From Malacoraja senta (lineage: Eukaryota): a DNA stretch of 64,000 bases. A program made the translations under genes and the position numbers. Below, piece after piece: positions 1 to 11,140 of the stretch. The notes beneath the pieces are model-generated. The model was not told the DNA's origin and searched no databases. It worked only from the letters and a program-made list of their open reading frames with translations. The stretch's first letter is position 1. Each line of letters opens with the position of its first letter. The stretch lies in NCBI GenBank assembly GCA_038087875.1, contig CM075991.1:1054001-1118000 (forward strand), given 5' to 3'.

Positions 1-182
1 TTGCCCTTTATCAGTTTATTTATTCATGTGTGTATATATTTATACAATGGTATATGGACACACTGATCTGTTCTGTATTCATGCCTACTATGTTCTGGTC
101 TATGTTTGGGTGCTAAAGCAAAACAAGAAATTTCATTGTCCTATCAGGGACACACGACAATAAAACTCTCTTGAACTCTTGA
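1..182 (+). mobile_element. 3' tail of a LINE (Rex1/Babar-like)
   Basis: Ends in 'gaaatttcattgtcctatcagggacacacgacaataaaactctcttgaactcttga': AATAAA followed by a short tandem tail. Family assigned by resemblance only. Confidence 0.45.
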
Positions 183-1410
183 GCAAAAGCAGCCCAGATT
201 GAGAGATCTCAAAGCTCTTTTTAAAATTACATTTCAAGATCTGGATAGGGCCCTAACTTCCTCAGGATGGTGATGGTGAGTGCTTTCTGCAGAATTCCTT
301 GAATGAACTAAAAGGTGATATCAGTTGAATGTAACCTTGCAACAGAACAGGGCTGCACTCACCAGTTTCCTAAACTTAAAAACACGGCAATACCATAGCC
401 TGCCAATACCAGACAATGGATCAAGATCAGCTAACATAGTTTTGCAGGAGAATCTAATCTTGGGCCATTGATGCAGTATTCACTGCCTTATAGTGGGTGG
501 ATCTTCACTCGTATTCTTGATCTCTTTCAGCCTTGGTCCAATAACAGTCAAGCTATTTATCAATATAATTCAGCTACAAGTTCAATACAATACCCTTAAT
601 TTTCAATACGCAGTTAGTGATTGGGCTTCCCTCTAATTAAGAGTTCCATAATGTCTTTCTGGCATCATTTGATGTTATGCAGAGCGGTGCGGTCTTGGTC
701 TGATCCAAGAGCTTATATTTCACTCATTCCATGGGCCAGTATGTAGGGAATAAATAGAAGCACAAAGGCGATAAGCCCATCACACAGAATTCCAGATTTT
801 TAGTATCAGCTGAAAAAATGCCTCTATGACTCCGACTTTTCCTTCATCTCATCAGGCACAAATGGCCCAGCATTTCCAAAGAATAAACAGGTGCTGGGAT
901 AACTTCCATTCCACTGCAGAACCAGTCTGATAGATGCTTATGATTGGAATAGTTATTGATGAGCCTGATGACATCTAGGCAGTCAGCCACTTGAGGATAA
1001 TCGTTGCTACCAACTGCTGTGCTAGCCTCTAAACTCAGCAAGTTGCTGCACGGTCCTCCCAATAATAGCAACATGAAAAGTTAAACACTTCTGGGAGAAC
1101 CTCTGATACGATACGATAGGACTTTATTTATTCCAGGAGGGAAATTGATCTGCCAACAGACATAAAAACACAAAATATACAAAACACACGAAATTAAAGT
1201 GATGAGTGAAAAGGCTTGGGGGATGTGCTAAGATTGGGATGGGGGGGGGGGGGGGGGGGTGTAGATGAACAGTATTGCTGATTTGATCCATGTTAGTTAG
1301 TTCAACTTACGACTCGGAGCCTACAGTACTCATTTTGATGGTCTCAGTATGTATTCTAATTAGAGTACGTTATGATATATAATGACTCTGTATCAATAGT
1401 ACTTTACACA

Positions 1411-1428
1411 TGGTGTCAGAAGTGGGAT
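1411..1428 (+). promoter_or_regulatory. Primer binding site complementary to tRNA-Leu 3' end
   Basis: TGGTGTCAGAAGTGGGAT directly after the LTR end. It is the reverse complement of ...AUCCCACUUCUGACACCA. Confidence 0.85.
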
Positions 1429-1830
1429 TCAGTTTTAAGTTCACTTCCCTGGCACGCTCAAGTACCTTCTTCAAATTGGCATCATGTTCTTCCATGTCTT
1501 TGCCACTAACAATGATGTCATCCTCGATAATAGCACGAGGGTATCCGTCAAACAGTTGCTCCATGGAGCGCTCATTGGCTGAACGGATACCAAACGGCAT
1601 GCGCAAAAATCTGTAGAAGCCAAAAGCAATGCAGAAAGATGGATGCATAGATGATGCATGATCCAGGGGAATCTGCCAGAAGGAGCGCTTGGCGTCTAAT
1701 ACAGAGAATACCGTTGGCTTACCCATGTGGGCAGCTACCTCCTTCACAGTATGCATGGGTGATGGGGCCTTTTGAGTGCTGTGTTCAGGTCCCTCGGATT
1801 AATACATATACGAATCTCCTGTTTATGTGT
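1429..1830 (-). pseudogene. Gypsy-type reverse transcriptase fragment, antisense to the LTRs
   Basis: Minus strand reads IRICINPRDLNTALKRPH, then (ORF 1370..1756) FSVLDAKRSFWQIPL...FGFYRFLRMPFG...IIEDDIIVSG...HDANLKKVLERAREVNLKLNP. Confidence 0.9.
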
Positions 1831-2254
1831 TTGCCCTCTGGGCAAAAGCCTAAGAAGTGGATGTAGATCAAACAGTATTGCTGATTTGATCCGTCTGGTT
1901 TTGCTGCTAACCTGATCCATAAACCATGTCAGGTTTCCACACTACCACCTGGTGGAATGCAGGCAGCCATGTTAGTTAGTTCAACTTATGACTCGGAGCC
2001 TACAGTACTCATTTCGATGGTCTCTGTATGTATTCTAATTAAAGTACGTGTTATGATATATAATCACTCTGTATCAATAGTACTTTGTACGGGGGGGGGT
2101 CAGTCTCAGTCTCTCCCACGATAGAAGGGGGAGGAATTGAGGTTTGATAGCCACAGGGAAGGATCTCCTGTGGCATTCTGTCCAGCATCTTGATGGAACC
2201 AGGTTGTTGCTGAAGGTACTCCTGATAGGGGAAACATTAGTATTCCTCATTTAT

Positions 2255-4258
2255 ATGTCCATTCGAACCTACGAACTTTTTATAGGGGGACAATCGAGAG
2301 CACATTAACCTACGGCATCACTTCCTGGTTCGGGAGCTGCAAGGCGTACGAACGGCACCAACTAGACAGGATTGTGAAGACCGCCAGCAGGATTATTGGT
2401 GCTCCACTCCCTTTCCTGCTGGACATATACAGGAAGAAACATAGAAACATAGAAAGTAGGTGCGAGAGTAGACCACCAGGCCCATCGAGCCCGCACCGCC
2501 ATTCGCTCATGGCTGAACACTAAACAGACACCCTTACCCACAAACAGTAGACACAAGACACAGAACACAAGACACTACCCTCCCCTTTATATCGCTATCA
2601 CCCCTCTCCACCCCAAGAACCGCGTGATCTCCTGGGGGAGGCAAAAAAACGGATAAAAACCCAGGTCCAATTCGGGAAAAAAATCCGGGAAATTCCTCTC
2701 CGACCCCAATCCAGGCGATCGACACTTGTCCAGATCACTCAGGTCTTACTATACTAACCATACCTAGGTCCATATCCCTGCCCTCTCCCCGTAGCCCCTT
2801 ATCCCCTTGGCAGCTAAAAAACCATCTATTTTAGACTTAAATATATTTAATGTTTCTGCTTCCACTGCTCCCTGGGGCAGTGAATTCCATAAATTAACCA
2901 CCCTCTGGGTGAAGAAGTTCTTCCTCATCTCAGTTTTAAAGAGCCCCCTCTTATTCTACAACTATGTCCCCTAGTTCTAGTTTCCCCGATCATTGGGAAC
3001 TCCTCGGTGCATCCACCCGATCAAGGCCCCTCACGATCTTATATGTTTCAATGAGATCGCCTCTCATTCTTCTAAACTCCAAAGAGTAGAGTTCCAGCCT
3101 ACTTAACCTTTCCTCATATGTCAATCCCCTCATTGCAGGAATTAATCTTGTAAACCTTCGCTGCACTGCCTCCAGGGCCAGTACATCCTTTCTTAAGTAT
3201 GGATCCCAGAACTGTACACAGTATTCCAAATGTGGTCTCACTAATACTGTGTACAGCTGCAGCAAGACCTCCGTGTTTTTATACTCAATCCCCCTAGCAA
3301 TAAAGGCCAAAACTCCATTGGCCTTCCTGATTGCTTGCTGCACCTGCATACTAACTTTTAGTGATTCATGTACTACTACCCCTAGATCCCTTTGCGTTGC
3401 ATTACAACGCAGCTCCACCTCATTTAGAAAATAACTTGCCCTATCATTTTTTTTCCCAAAGTGAATGACTTCACATTTATTAGTATTAAATTTCATCTGC
3501 CAAGTTGTTGCCCACTCACCTAGCTTATCTATATCCTTTTGCAGACTCTTCCTATCCTCCTCATCCCCTACTTTTCCTCCCATTTTTGTATCGTCCGCAA
3601 ATTTTGATATATTACACTTGGTTCCCTCCTCCAAATCATTTATATAAATTGTGAACAACTGGGGTCCCAGCACCGACCCTTGCGGAACCCCGCTAGTTAC
3701 CGGTTGCCATCCCGAATATGAACCATTTATCCCCACTCTCTGCTTCCTATTTGTTAGCCAATCCTCTACCCATGCTAATATATTACCCCTATCCCATAAT
3801 TTTTTATTTTTAGCAATAGTCTCTTATGATGTATCAGCAGAGCCATCTCCATCATCAAAGACCCCTACCACCCATCGCATCACATATTCTCCATCCTGCC
3901 ATCTGGGAAGAGGTACCGGAGCATTAGGTGCAAAACCAGCAGGATGCTCCTCAGCTTCTTCCCGCAGGTTATAAGACTGATAAACGGACTTTGTCCCCTG
4001 CCAAAGTATCGTGCACCAACCACCAACCTGGACACACTGCAGCAGAGCCACTGTCGTGCCGCTGCTGATCGGAACGCCTGTTGATGTTTAGTAGAGTAGA
4101 GTGTTAATTTGTTCATGATATATGTATTTTTGCTTCTATTTATTTTTTACTGCACACTGGAATGGACACTGGTTGAGGAACGTTTTTTTGTTTCCTCTGG
4201 GTATGCGAATACTCAGGAAATAACAATAAAGATATACAATACAATACAATACAATACA
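2255..4258 (+). mobile_element. Rex1/Babar-like LINE 3' part, split by CR1 (pieces 2255-2436 and 3828-4258)
   Basis: The pieces join as FYRGTIESTLTYGITSWFG...LDIYRK / CISRAISIIKDPYHPSHHIFSILPSGKRYRS. Ends in a (CAATA)n tail. Confidence 0.8.
2437..3827 (-). mobile_element. 5'-truncated CR1 LINE
   Basis: ORF 2990..3736 has [15 protein letters not shown] and RPHLEYCVQFW. (CATAGAAA)n tail at 2437. Confidence 0.95.
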
Positions 4259-5127
4259 TTCTCCTCAAATCTAGTCTGTTTTAACTGGTTTATCTAAACT
4301 CTTCCTCCACTGAAGTAAACAACGGCAATGGTTTTGTTTGGTCCATTTTCTATTTTCTAGAAAGAAGAAAATAGAAACTTCACCTGAAACTGTTATCTTC
4401 GAAGCTTTGTCAGACATGATAACATTTTGTAGTGTTAGCAAATGTGGGGTCCAGGAGCGATGTCAATTATTTTGTTATTTTTCATAATTCAATATAACTT
4501 ATTTTTTCTCACTTTGGCATTTACTATCCATCCCTAATTGCCCATAAATTGAGTTGGCCCTCAGAGTCAACCACAATGGTGGATCAAGACTCACATAAAC
4601 ACCAGCTGGGAAAGGATGGTTGATTCCTACCCCTGAAGGCCATCTGTTAATCAGATGATTTTAATGATAAACGTGGTTACTCCATGTCACACGGGAGGCC
4701 TGGTTCCCAACGCAAACCATTCCCCAATGCAATATTCCACCACTCACGCATAACCCCCAAATGCGCCGGCACGGCTCATTTCCCCTCATCCCCCAGCACT
4801 CCCTCCCCCTCCTCTTCACCCTCCCTCTTCTTTCCCCCTCTCTGCCTCCCTTCCCCCAATCCCACCCTCACCTCTCCTTCTCCTTTCCCCTACCCTCAGT
4901 CATCTCCCGCTCCCTCCATAACTCCTCTCCCCTCCCTACCCCCTCCTATCCCTCTATCCCCCACACCTAACCTCCCCCTATACGCCCACTATCCTTCCTG
5001 ATGCCCCCACTGCCCTTCTCTCCCTCTATTCCCCACTCCCTACCTCACCCACTCCCCCCTCCTTTCCCTATATTCCCCCTCCTTCACCACTCTCCTCACC
5101 TCCCCCACTTTCCACCTCTCCCTCCCT

Positions 5128-5460
5128 CACAGTTCAGTCACTCACGGCTGGTGGACACACAGTTCAGTCACTCAGGGCTGGTGGACTCACAGTTCAGTCC
5201 CTCACGGCTGGTGGACTCACAGTTCAGTCACTCATGGCTGGTGGACTCACAGTTCAGTCACTCACAGCTGGTGGACTCACAGTTCAGTCACTCACGGCTG
5301 GTGGACTCACAGTTCAGTCACTCCCGGTTGGTGGACTCACAGTTCAGTCACTCACGGTTGGTGGACTCATAGTTCACCCACTCACGGCTGGTGGACTCAC
5401 AGTTCACTCACTCATGGCTGGTGGACTCACAATTCACTCACTGACTGCTGGTGGACTCAT
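5128..5460. repeat. 30-bp minisatellite inside Helitron
   Basis: About 11 copies of cacagttcagtcactcacggctggtggact. The same unit recurs at ~6180-6290, 31375-31770 and 31915-32020. Confidence 0.95.
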
Positions 5461-5605
5461 CCATCACACACACACACTCTCCATCACACAGACCCTCCAT
5501 CACACACACACACACTCCATCTCACACACACACCCTCCATCTCTCACACCCTCCATATCTCACACACTCACCCTCCATCTCTCACACTCACACACAGACC
5601 CTCCA

Positions 5606-5637
<32 letters not shown>

Positions 5638-5960
5638 ACTCCATCTCACACACACACACCCTCCATCTCACACACACACGCACTCCATCTCACACCCACA
5701 CACACCCTCCATCTCACACACACACACCCTCCATCTCACACTCACATACACACAAACATGCACAAACACATTCCATCTCACACACACACACACACAGATA
5801 CACACCCTCCATCTCACACACACACCCTCCATCTCACACATACACACACACCCTCCATCTCACACACACACACCCTCCATCTCACACACACACCCTCCAT
5901 CTCACACACACACACACACACACCCTCCATCTCACACACACCCTGCATGACACACACACC
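5461..5960. repeat. CA-rich compound microsatellite (cacacaccctccatct)n
   Basis: Read directly from the sequence. Confidence 0.95.
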
Positions 5961-6029
5961 CGGGACATAAAACTCTCTTGATTATACTCATGCCCGACAT
6001 CTGGACTGAGGTCCGACTTCTGGACTCAG

Positions 6030-6172
6030 GTCCGATTTCTGGACTGAGCGCGACCTCTGGACTGAGCACGACCTCTGGACTGAGTGCGACTTCCGGAATG
6101 AGCGCGACTTCTGGAATGAGCGCGACTTCCGGAATGAGGGCGATCTCTGGACTGAGCGCGACCTCCGGACTC
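6030..6172. repeat. 18-bp tandem repeat inside Helitron
   Basis: ggactgagcgcgacttct-like units. A related array lies at ~31780-31920. Confidence 0.9.
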
Positions 6173-6617
6173 AGCCACGGCTTGAAGACTCACAGTTCAG
6201 TCACTCACGGCTTGTAGACTCACAGTTCTGTCACTAACGGCTTGTAGACTCACAGTTCACTCAGCACGGCTTGCAGACTCACAGTTCTGGACTCAACTCT
6301 CACTCACGGCTTCCGGGCTGACTGACTCACGCCCTGCCTCCGGGGATTTATTCTCCTCGCATCCAGAAGGGCCGTTACCTTCATGGTGACTGACAGGCGA
6401 GAAGACTGATCTGCTGATCTCACGATATTTTAAACCTTCATAACTTTTCTATTATTTCACCGATCGGAACAAAACTTGCTGCGCTTGGAGCGGAGGAGAA
6501 CGGTGAGTAAAGTGGTGAAAAATCCTAGCGATATAGGGTAGCGATTTTGCACAAATTTAATTACAACGCAGACCGGAAGTGGTCAAGATGAGAGTTTTAG
6601 TAATAGTATAGATAGAT

Positions 6618-7380
6618 GTGAGACCACATCAGTCATCTTATCTACAGGTCTAATCCCCATCGTGAAGGAACAAAATATTTGCTATAAAGGAAGTATAGCA
6701 AAGATTCACAAGATGGTGGGTTTGACACATGAGGAGAGATTAAGCATTCTGAACCTATTCTCTCCAGAGGATGAGAGTTGATTTCTTAATGGACTGACAA
6801 GGAACTATGGGGATTATATTTTCTCTGGCTGAAGTGTAGAATTGGGTTCATAGTTCCAAATCAAGGATCGGTCATTCAAGACTGAGATGAAAATAATGTT
6901 TTTCACCCAGGGAATGGTGAACCTTTGGAATTCTAGCCCTAAGACAGCTCAAATGCTGAGTATAATTCAAGGTTGAGGTTAACAAGTCTTTAGATACTAA
7001 TGGAATCAAGGGATATTGATTTGTGCAAGAATGCAGTGTTTATTTTAGAGATACAGGGCAGAAACAGGCCCTTCGGCCCACCGAGTCTGTGCTGACCAGC
7101 GCATTTATACTATCCTACACACACTAAGGACATACAATTATACCAAGCCAATTAACCTACAAACCTGTATGTTTTTGGAGTGTGGAAGGAAACCGGAGAA
7201 AACCTATGCAAGTCACGGGGAGGATGTACAAATTCTGTTCAGACAAGCACCCGTAGTCAGGATCGAACCCAGGTCTCTGGAGCTGAAAGGCAGCGACTCT
7301 ACTGCTGCATGACTGTGCCGCCAGTGCTGAGGTAAAACATCAGCTCTCATATTGAATGGTGGAGCCTTAATTATTCACTT
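6618..7380 (+). mobile_element. Old degenerate CR1 3' fragment (SINE inserted)
   Basis: Recognisable CR1 3' motifs ('gactgagatgaaaataatgtttttcacccag...gtgaacctttggaattct', 'atattgaatggtggagc'). Confidence 0.6.
7038..7322 (-). mobile_element. tRNA-derived V-SINE (HE1-like)
   Basis: Minus-strand A/B boxes (gggttcgatcct), V-domain-like core, CR1-like tail 'ggcctgtttctgccctgtatctctaaa'. Confidence 0.8.
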
Positions 7381-8194
7381 GCGGCTGACACTTGTGGGTT
7401 TATGATGGGCATGACCACTGGGTGGCAGTAGGCCACACAAACTAATTAACAGACAGAACAATGATAGGACAATGGGACATGCAAACTACATCAGGGAGAA
7501 CAGACCTCAAGCTCCAGAATATCTGCACAAGGCAATTTTACTGTGCAAGCCCAAAGTCTATCCAGCTGTGTTATTGCTTCTTTGAAACAGGCAAAATGTA
7601 ATTTTTCACTTGATCTATTTTGTTCTGCAATTTCATATCCACTTCTTATAAATCAATGTTTGTCTTAATATAGTTATCAAAGGGCCATATTCTATTTATC
7701 TGGGTGCGTCAGTCCCTGAATCGTGTGACTATTTATATTAAAATAAAATGTCTATTGGGTACTGTGATTTTCTCTGTTCAATCACATAATGTTTAATTAT
7801 GTCTGCTGCAATTTTCCTTTTTTAGTTAGTCAGTCTGCGTCTTGCTGTGTAATCAGTTTCTTGTTCAGACTTTTGCTCCTCTCCTCACGGACTCCATCTC
7901 TGTGCTTGGCACTCTACGCAGTCACATTGCAGTCTGCATAATTAGGTCAGACTCCAAACTCAGTCTGGAAGCATCATGTCATTGAGCAAGGTCGCGATGC
8001 CAGTGCAGCAGTAATCCTGTTTAATAAGAGATGCTCTGAAAGTGAGGACACTGAGAACATAAATAACATGCTATTTGAAATCTCAGCTGCGCACTGCTTG
8101 ATCTGCTGTCCTGGGGACTGTGATGTATAAGCTTATTTACTTTGTTGGTTGCCATTTTATTTTTTAATGGAGAGACAATGCTGATGCATAACAA

Positions 8195-8640
8195 TATAAG
8201 AAATAGAAATACTGTAGAAACAGAAATAGGCCATGTAGCCCCTTGTGCCTGATCCATCAATCGATGAGACCTTGTGAGATGTGTTCCCTCAGTTCCACAG
8301 TCCTGAACTAACCCCATATTCCCTGATTCCCTTAACATCATAAATCTGTCATAAATCTAATCAATAGCTGATTTTCCCTGGTACTTTTGTGTAGAAAATT
8401 CCAAAGATTTATTCACCTCTGGGTGAAGACATTTCTTTTCATCTCTGTCCTGAATGGCCAACCCCTTATATCATGGATCTGCGTATCCCAAGCCAGAAGC
8501 CTCAAACCTGTCGTCATGTCAGAATATTGCAAATTTCAATGCGCTCCCTCTCACTCTTGTAATCTCAAGAGAAAGTAGGCCCAGCAGTCTGCTCAACGTC
8601 TCATCTCATGACAAAGCTGCAATCCCAAGAATTAGTCTGC
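8195..8640 (-). mobile_element. Old CR1 3' fragment
   Basis: 'agaaaattccaaagatttattcacctctgggtgaagacatttcttttcatctc' matches the younger CR1 tails in this window. Confidence 0.6.
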
Positions 8641-8649
8641 TGATAGGAA

Positions 8650-8745
8650 GTCTGAAGAAGGGTCTCGATCCAAAATGTCACCCATTCCTTCTCTCCAGAG
8701 ATGCTGCCAGTACCGCTGAGTTACTCCAGCATTTTGTGTCTACCT
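8650..8745 (+). mobile_element. Penelope solo terminal-repeat fragment with hammerhead-type motif
   Basis: gtctgaagaagggtctcgatccaaaatgtcacccattccttctctccagagatgctgcc matches the end of the Penelope at 27195-27292. Confidence 0.75.
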
Positions 8746-10561
8746 GCTGATAGGAAGGATGTGATTATAACGTAGAGGTTGAAGAGCAGAGGGAGTTTGT
8801 GGGAGTGGCTATGCCTGAGACAGAGTGCAGTGATTCAGGGTAAGTGCTTGGACCTGAGAGGCTTCGGCGTGGAGGTTGAGCAGAGGGTGAAGGTATGATA
8901 AGGTAAGGTCTTATAAACGTTTGTCTGTAGTCTCAATGTGGTTGTGATGGCAAATAGGACAGCACTGTGCTCTTTCTGCAGGATGTGTTAGATCACAAAA
9001 TCTTTCAGGGTCCCCGATGACTACTCCTGTGGGAAGTGTGTCCAGCTGCAGCTCCTGACTGGACCGCATGAAGGACACACTCGGGATCATCTGGGATGCT
9101 GAGAGCATCACAGATAGATCATTTATTTAAGAAGGGAGGAATCCAAGAAATTATAGACAGGTGAGCTTCATGTCAGCGAGAGGGGGGTTATTGAAAGGGA
9201 CTCTGGATAGTATGTACTCACAGTTGAAAGAGAATGAGATAATTTGGGGGTAATTAGCAGGGCTTTGACCATGGCAGCTCATGACTTACAAACTTGACTA
9301 AATATGATTGCTGAGGTTGGGAAGTTGATGTTGTATACATGGACTTCAGTACGGCATTCGATAAAGTCTCTCACGAAATTCATGGCAACTTGGTAGTTTG
9401 GATTTAAAGTTGGCTTGCCCATAGAAGACAGAGGGCAGTGGTGAAAGGGTGTTGTTCTGTTGGTCTGTGATAGAGGTGATTTGCAGGGAGCTGTGCTGGA
9501 ACCATGTTGTTTGTGATATATATAAATAACGGATGTAAATGATAAGTTTGTTCTTAAATTTGCAGACAAAACCAAAATTGTTGGCGTTGCGGGCAGTACA
9601 AAGGCTGTCAATGGATACAACAGAATTAGATCAGTTACAGATCGAGGCAGAGAAATGACAGATGGAGTTTCAGGAGTTGTACTTTGGGAGATCGAATTTA
9701 AATGTACATTTATGGCAAAACGTTTCACAGTGTGATGTACAAAGGGATCATGTGGTCCAAGTCCATAACATCAGGAAAGTGGCATCACAGGAAGACAGAG
9801 TGGTAAAGAAGGTGTACAGTCTGCTTGTATTTATCGGTTATTGGAGGGAAATATTTAAAGGAGATGTGTGGGGCAAGTTTTTTTTTTACATAGCGTGTTA
9901 GGTGCCTGGAATGCGTTGCCAGGGATGGTGGTGGAAGCAGATATGATAATGGCATTTAAGAGAATTTTACATGGGTACAGGGAATGAAAGGATATGGATT
10001 TCATGCAGCAGAGGAGATTAATTTAATTTGGCATTATGTTTACCATGGACATAATGTGGGCCAAAGGGCTTGTTCCTACGCTGTACTGTGCTATGGTCTA
10101 AAACGGTTTTAGCACGGTGGTCACAGCTAAGGTGCAGGCGGACAGTAGCTGTGTGACCGCCAGGAGAGGTGAAGGGAGTACACAATGTGTGCAGGATTCT
10201 GCTGTGGTCATTGCCCTTGAAAACAAATATACCCTTTTGGAAACTGTTGGGGAGGGGGATGTGACCACTCAGGAGAAAGCAGCAGCAGTTGTCAGATGTG
10301 TGGCACCTGGCCTAGCTCTGTGGCAAAGCAGGAAAGTCAGATAGGGCTATAGTGATAAGAGTTGGGGGGGGGGGGGGGGGCAGAAGATACCTCTGTCCGC
10401 CTACAGAACATCGTCAAGTGGAGGTAAGCAGCCAGAAGCTGTTCTGTTGTGCACATTGGCAGAAATGACATGTAGCAAACGGGATGAGATCCTGTAGAGT
10501 GAATATAGGGAGTTAGGCAATAGGTTAAAAAGCAGGACCTCGAGGGTATTAATCACTGGAT

Positions 10562-10832
10562 GGTGGCACAGTAGCGCAGTGGTAGAGTTGCTGCATTACA
10601 GCCCCAGAGTCCGGGTTTGATCCTGATTACGGGTGACGTCTGTAGAGTTTGTACGTTCTCCCTGTGACTACATGGATTTTCTCCGGGTGCTCCGGTTTCC
10701 TCCCACACTCCAAAGTACAAGTTTGTAGGTTAATTGGCTTTGGTAGAAATGTAAATTGTCCCTAGTGTGTGTAGGAAAGGCCTGTTTCCTTGCTGTTTGT
10801 CTAAAGTCTAAAAGTCTAAAGTAAAGTCTAAA
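10562..10832 (+). mobile_element. tRNA-derived V-SINE (HE1-like)
   Basis: ggcacagtagcgcagtggtagag A box, gggtttgatcct B box, (GTCTAAA)n tail. Confidence 0.8.
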
Positions 10833-11009
10833 TTCTCAAGTAATGTGCTAATGAGGGTAGGAATAGGACTGTTCAAGAGGGATTGTTTGCACATCTATTG
10901 GAGGTAATGGTTGGTATGAGGGAGGGTTTAAACTAGATTGACTGGAGTATGGAATTCAAAGCAGTAGTGAGGCCGGTGAGAAGCTTGTCAACCAAACGGA
11001 AGTTTATGT

Positions 11010-11140
11010 GAAAGAAGGAACTGCAGATGCTGGTTTATACCAAAGAAGACACAAAAAGTTGGAGTAACTCAAGGGGACAGGCAGCATCTCTGGAGAGAAG
11101 GAATGGGTGACGTTTCGGGTCGAGGCCCTTCTTCAGACTG
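11010..11140 (-). mobile_element. Penelope solo terminal-repeat fragment with hammerhead-type motif
   Basis: gacgtttcgggtcgaggcccttcttcagac is the reverse of CTGAAGA...GAAACGTC. Confidence 0.75.

Larger units (their letters stand above)
1260..2090 (+). mobile_element. Non-autonomous mini LTR retroelement (TRIM-like), two LTRs
   Basis: 5' LTR 1260-1410 (TGTAGAT...ACA) and 3' LTR 1862-~2090 share 'gttagttagttcaactta..actcggagcctacagtactcatt...gtatcaatagtacttt'. PBS follows the 5' LTR; purine-rich 'aagaagtgga' precedes the 3' LTR. Confidence 0.9.
1105..2230 (-). mobile_element. LINE 3' fragment (GATAC-repeat tail on + strand) split by the LTR element at 1260-2090
   Basis: 'gatacgatacgataggactttattta' tail at ~1105. 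A poly-G tract is interrupted at 1260 and resumes at 2091. Confidence 0.5.
4682..6612 (-). mobile_element. Non-autonomous Helitron (3' hairpin/CTAG lost)
   Basis: Minus-strand start A|TCTATACTATTACTAAAA at 6612. Both subterminal blocks match the Helitron units at 27308-32343. Confidence 0.8.

Noticed and set aside
5128..5460. Regular 30-bp repeats resembling a CRISPR array (also 31375-31770)
   Set aside because: Head-to-tail units with no unique spacers, no cas genes, eukaryotic context. It is a minisatellite.
4684..6217. Long Pro-, His/Thr- and repeat-rich ORFs
   Set aside because: They are translations of pyrimidine tracts, CA microsatellite and minisatellites, open in several frames at once.
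7400..8190. Non-repetitive-looking stretch that might hold a host exon or enhancer (also 185-1100)
   Set aside because: No convincing ORF, splice pair or recognisable homology. It would need cross-species alignment or RNA-seq.
10562..10635. tRNA-like sequence with A and B boxes (also other SINE heads)
   Set aside because: It is the head of a SINE and continues into SINE body and tail. No intact cloverleaf is supported.
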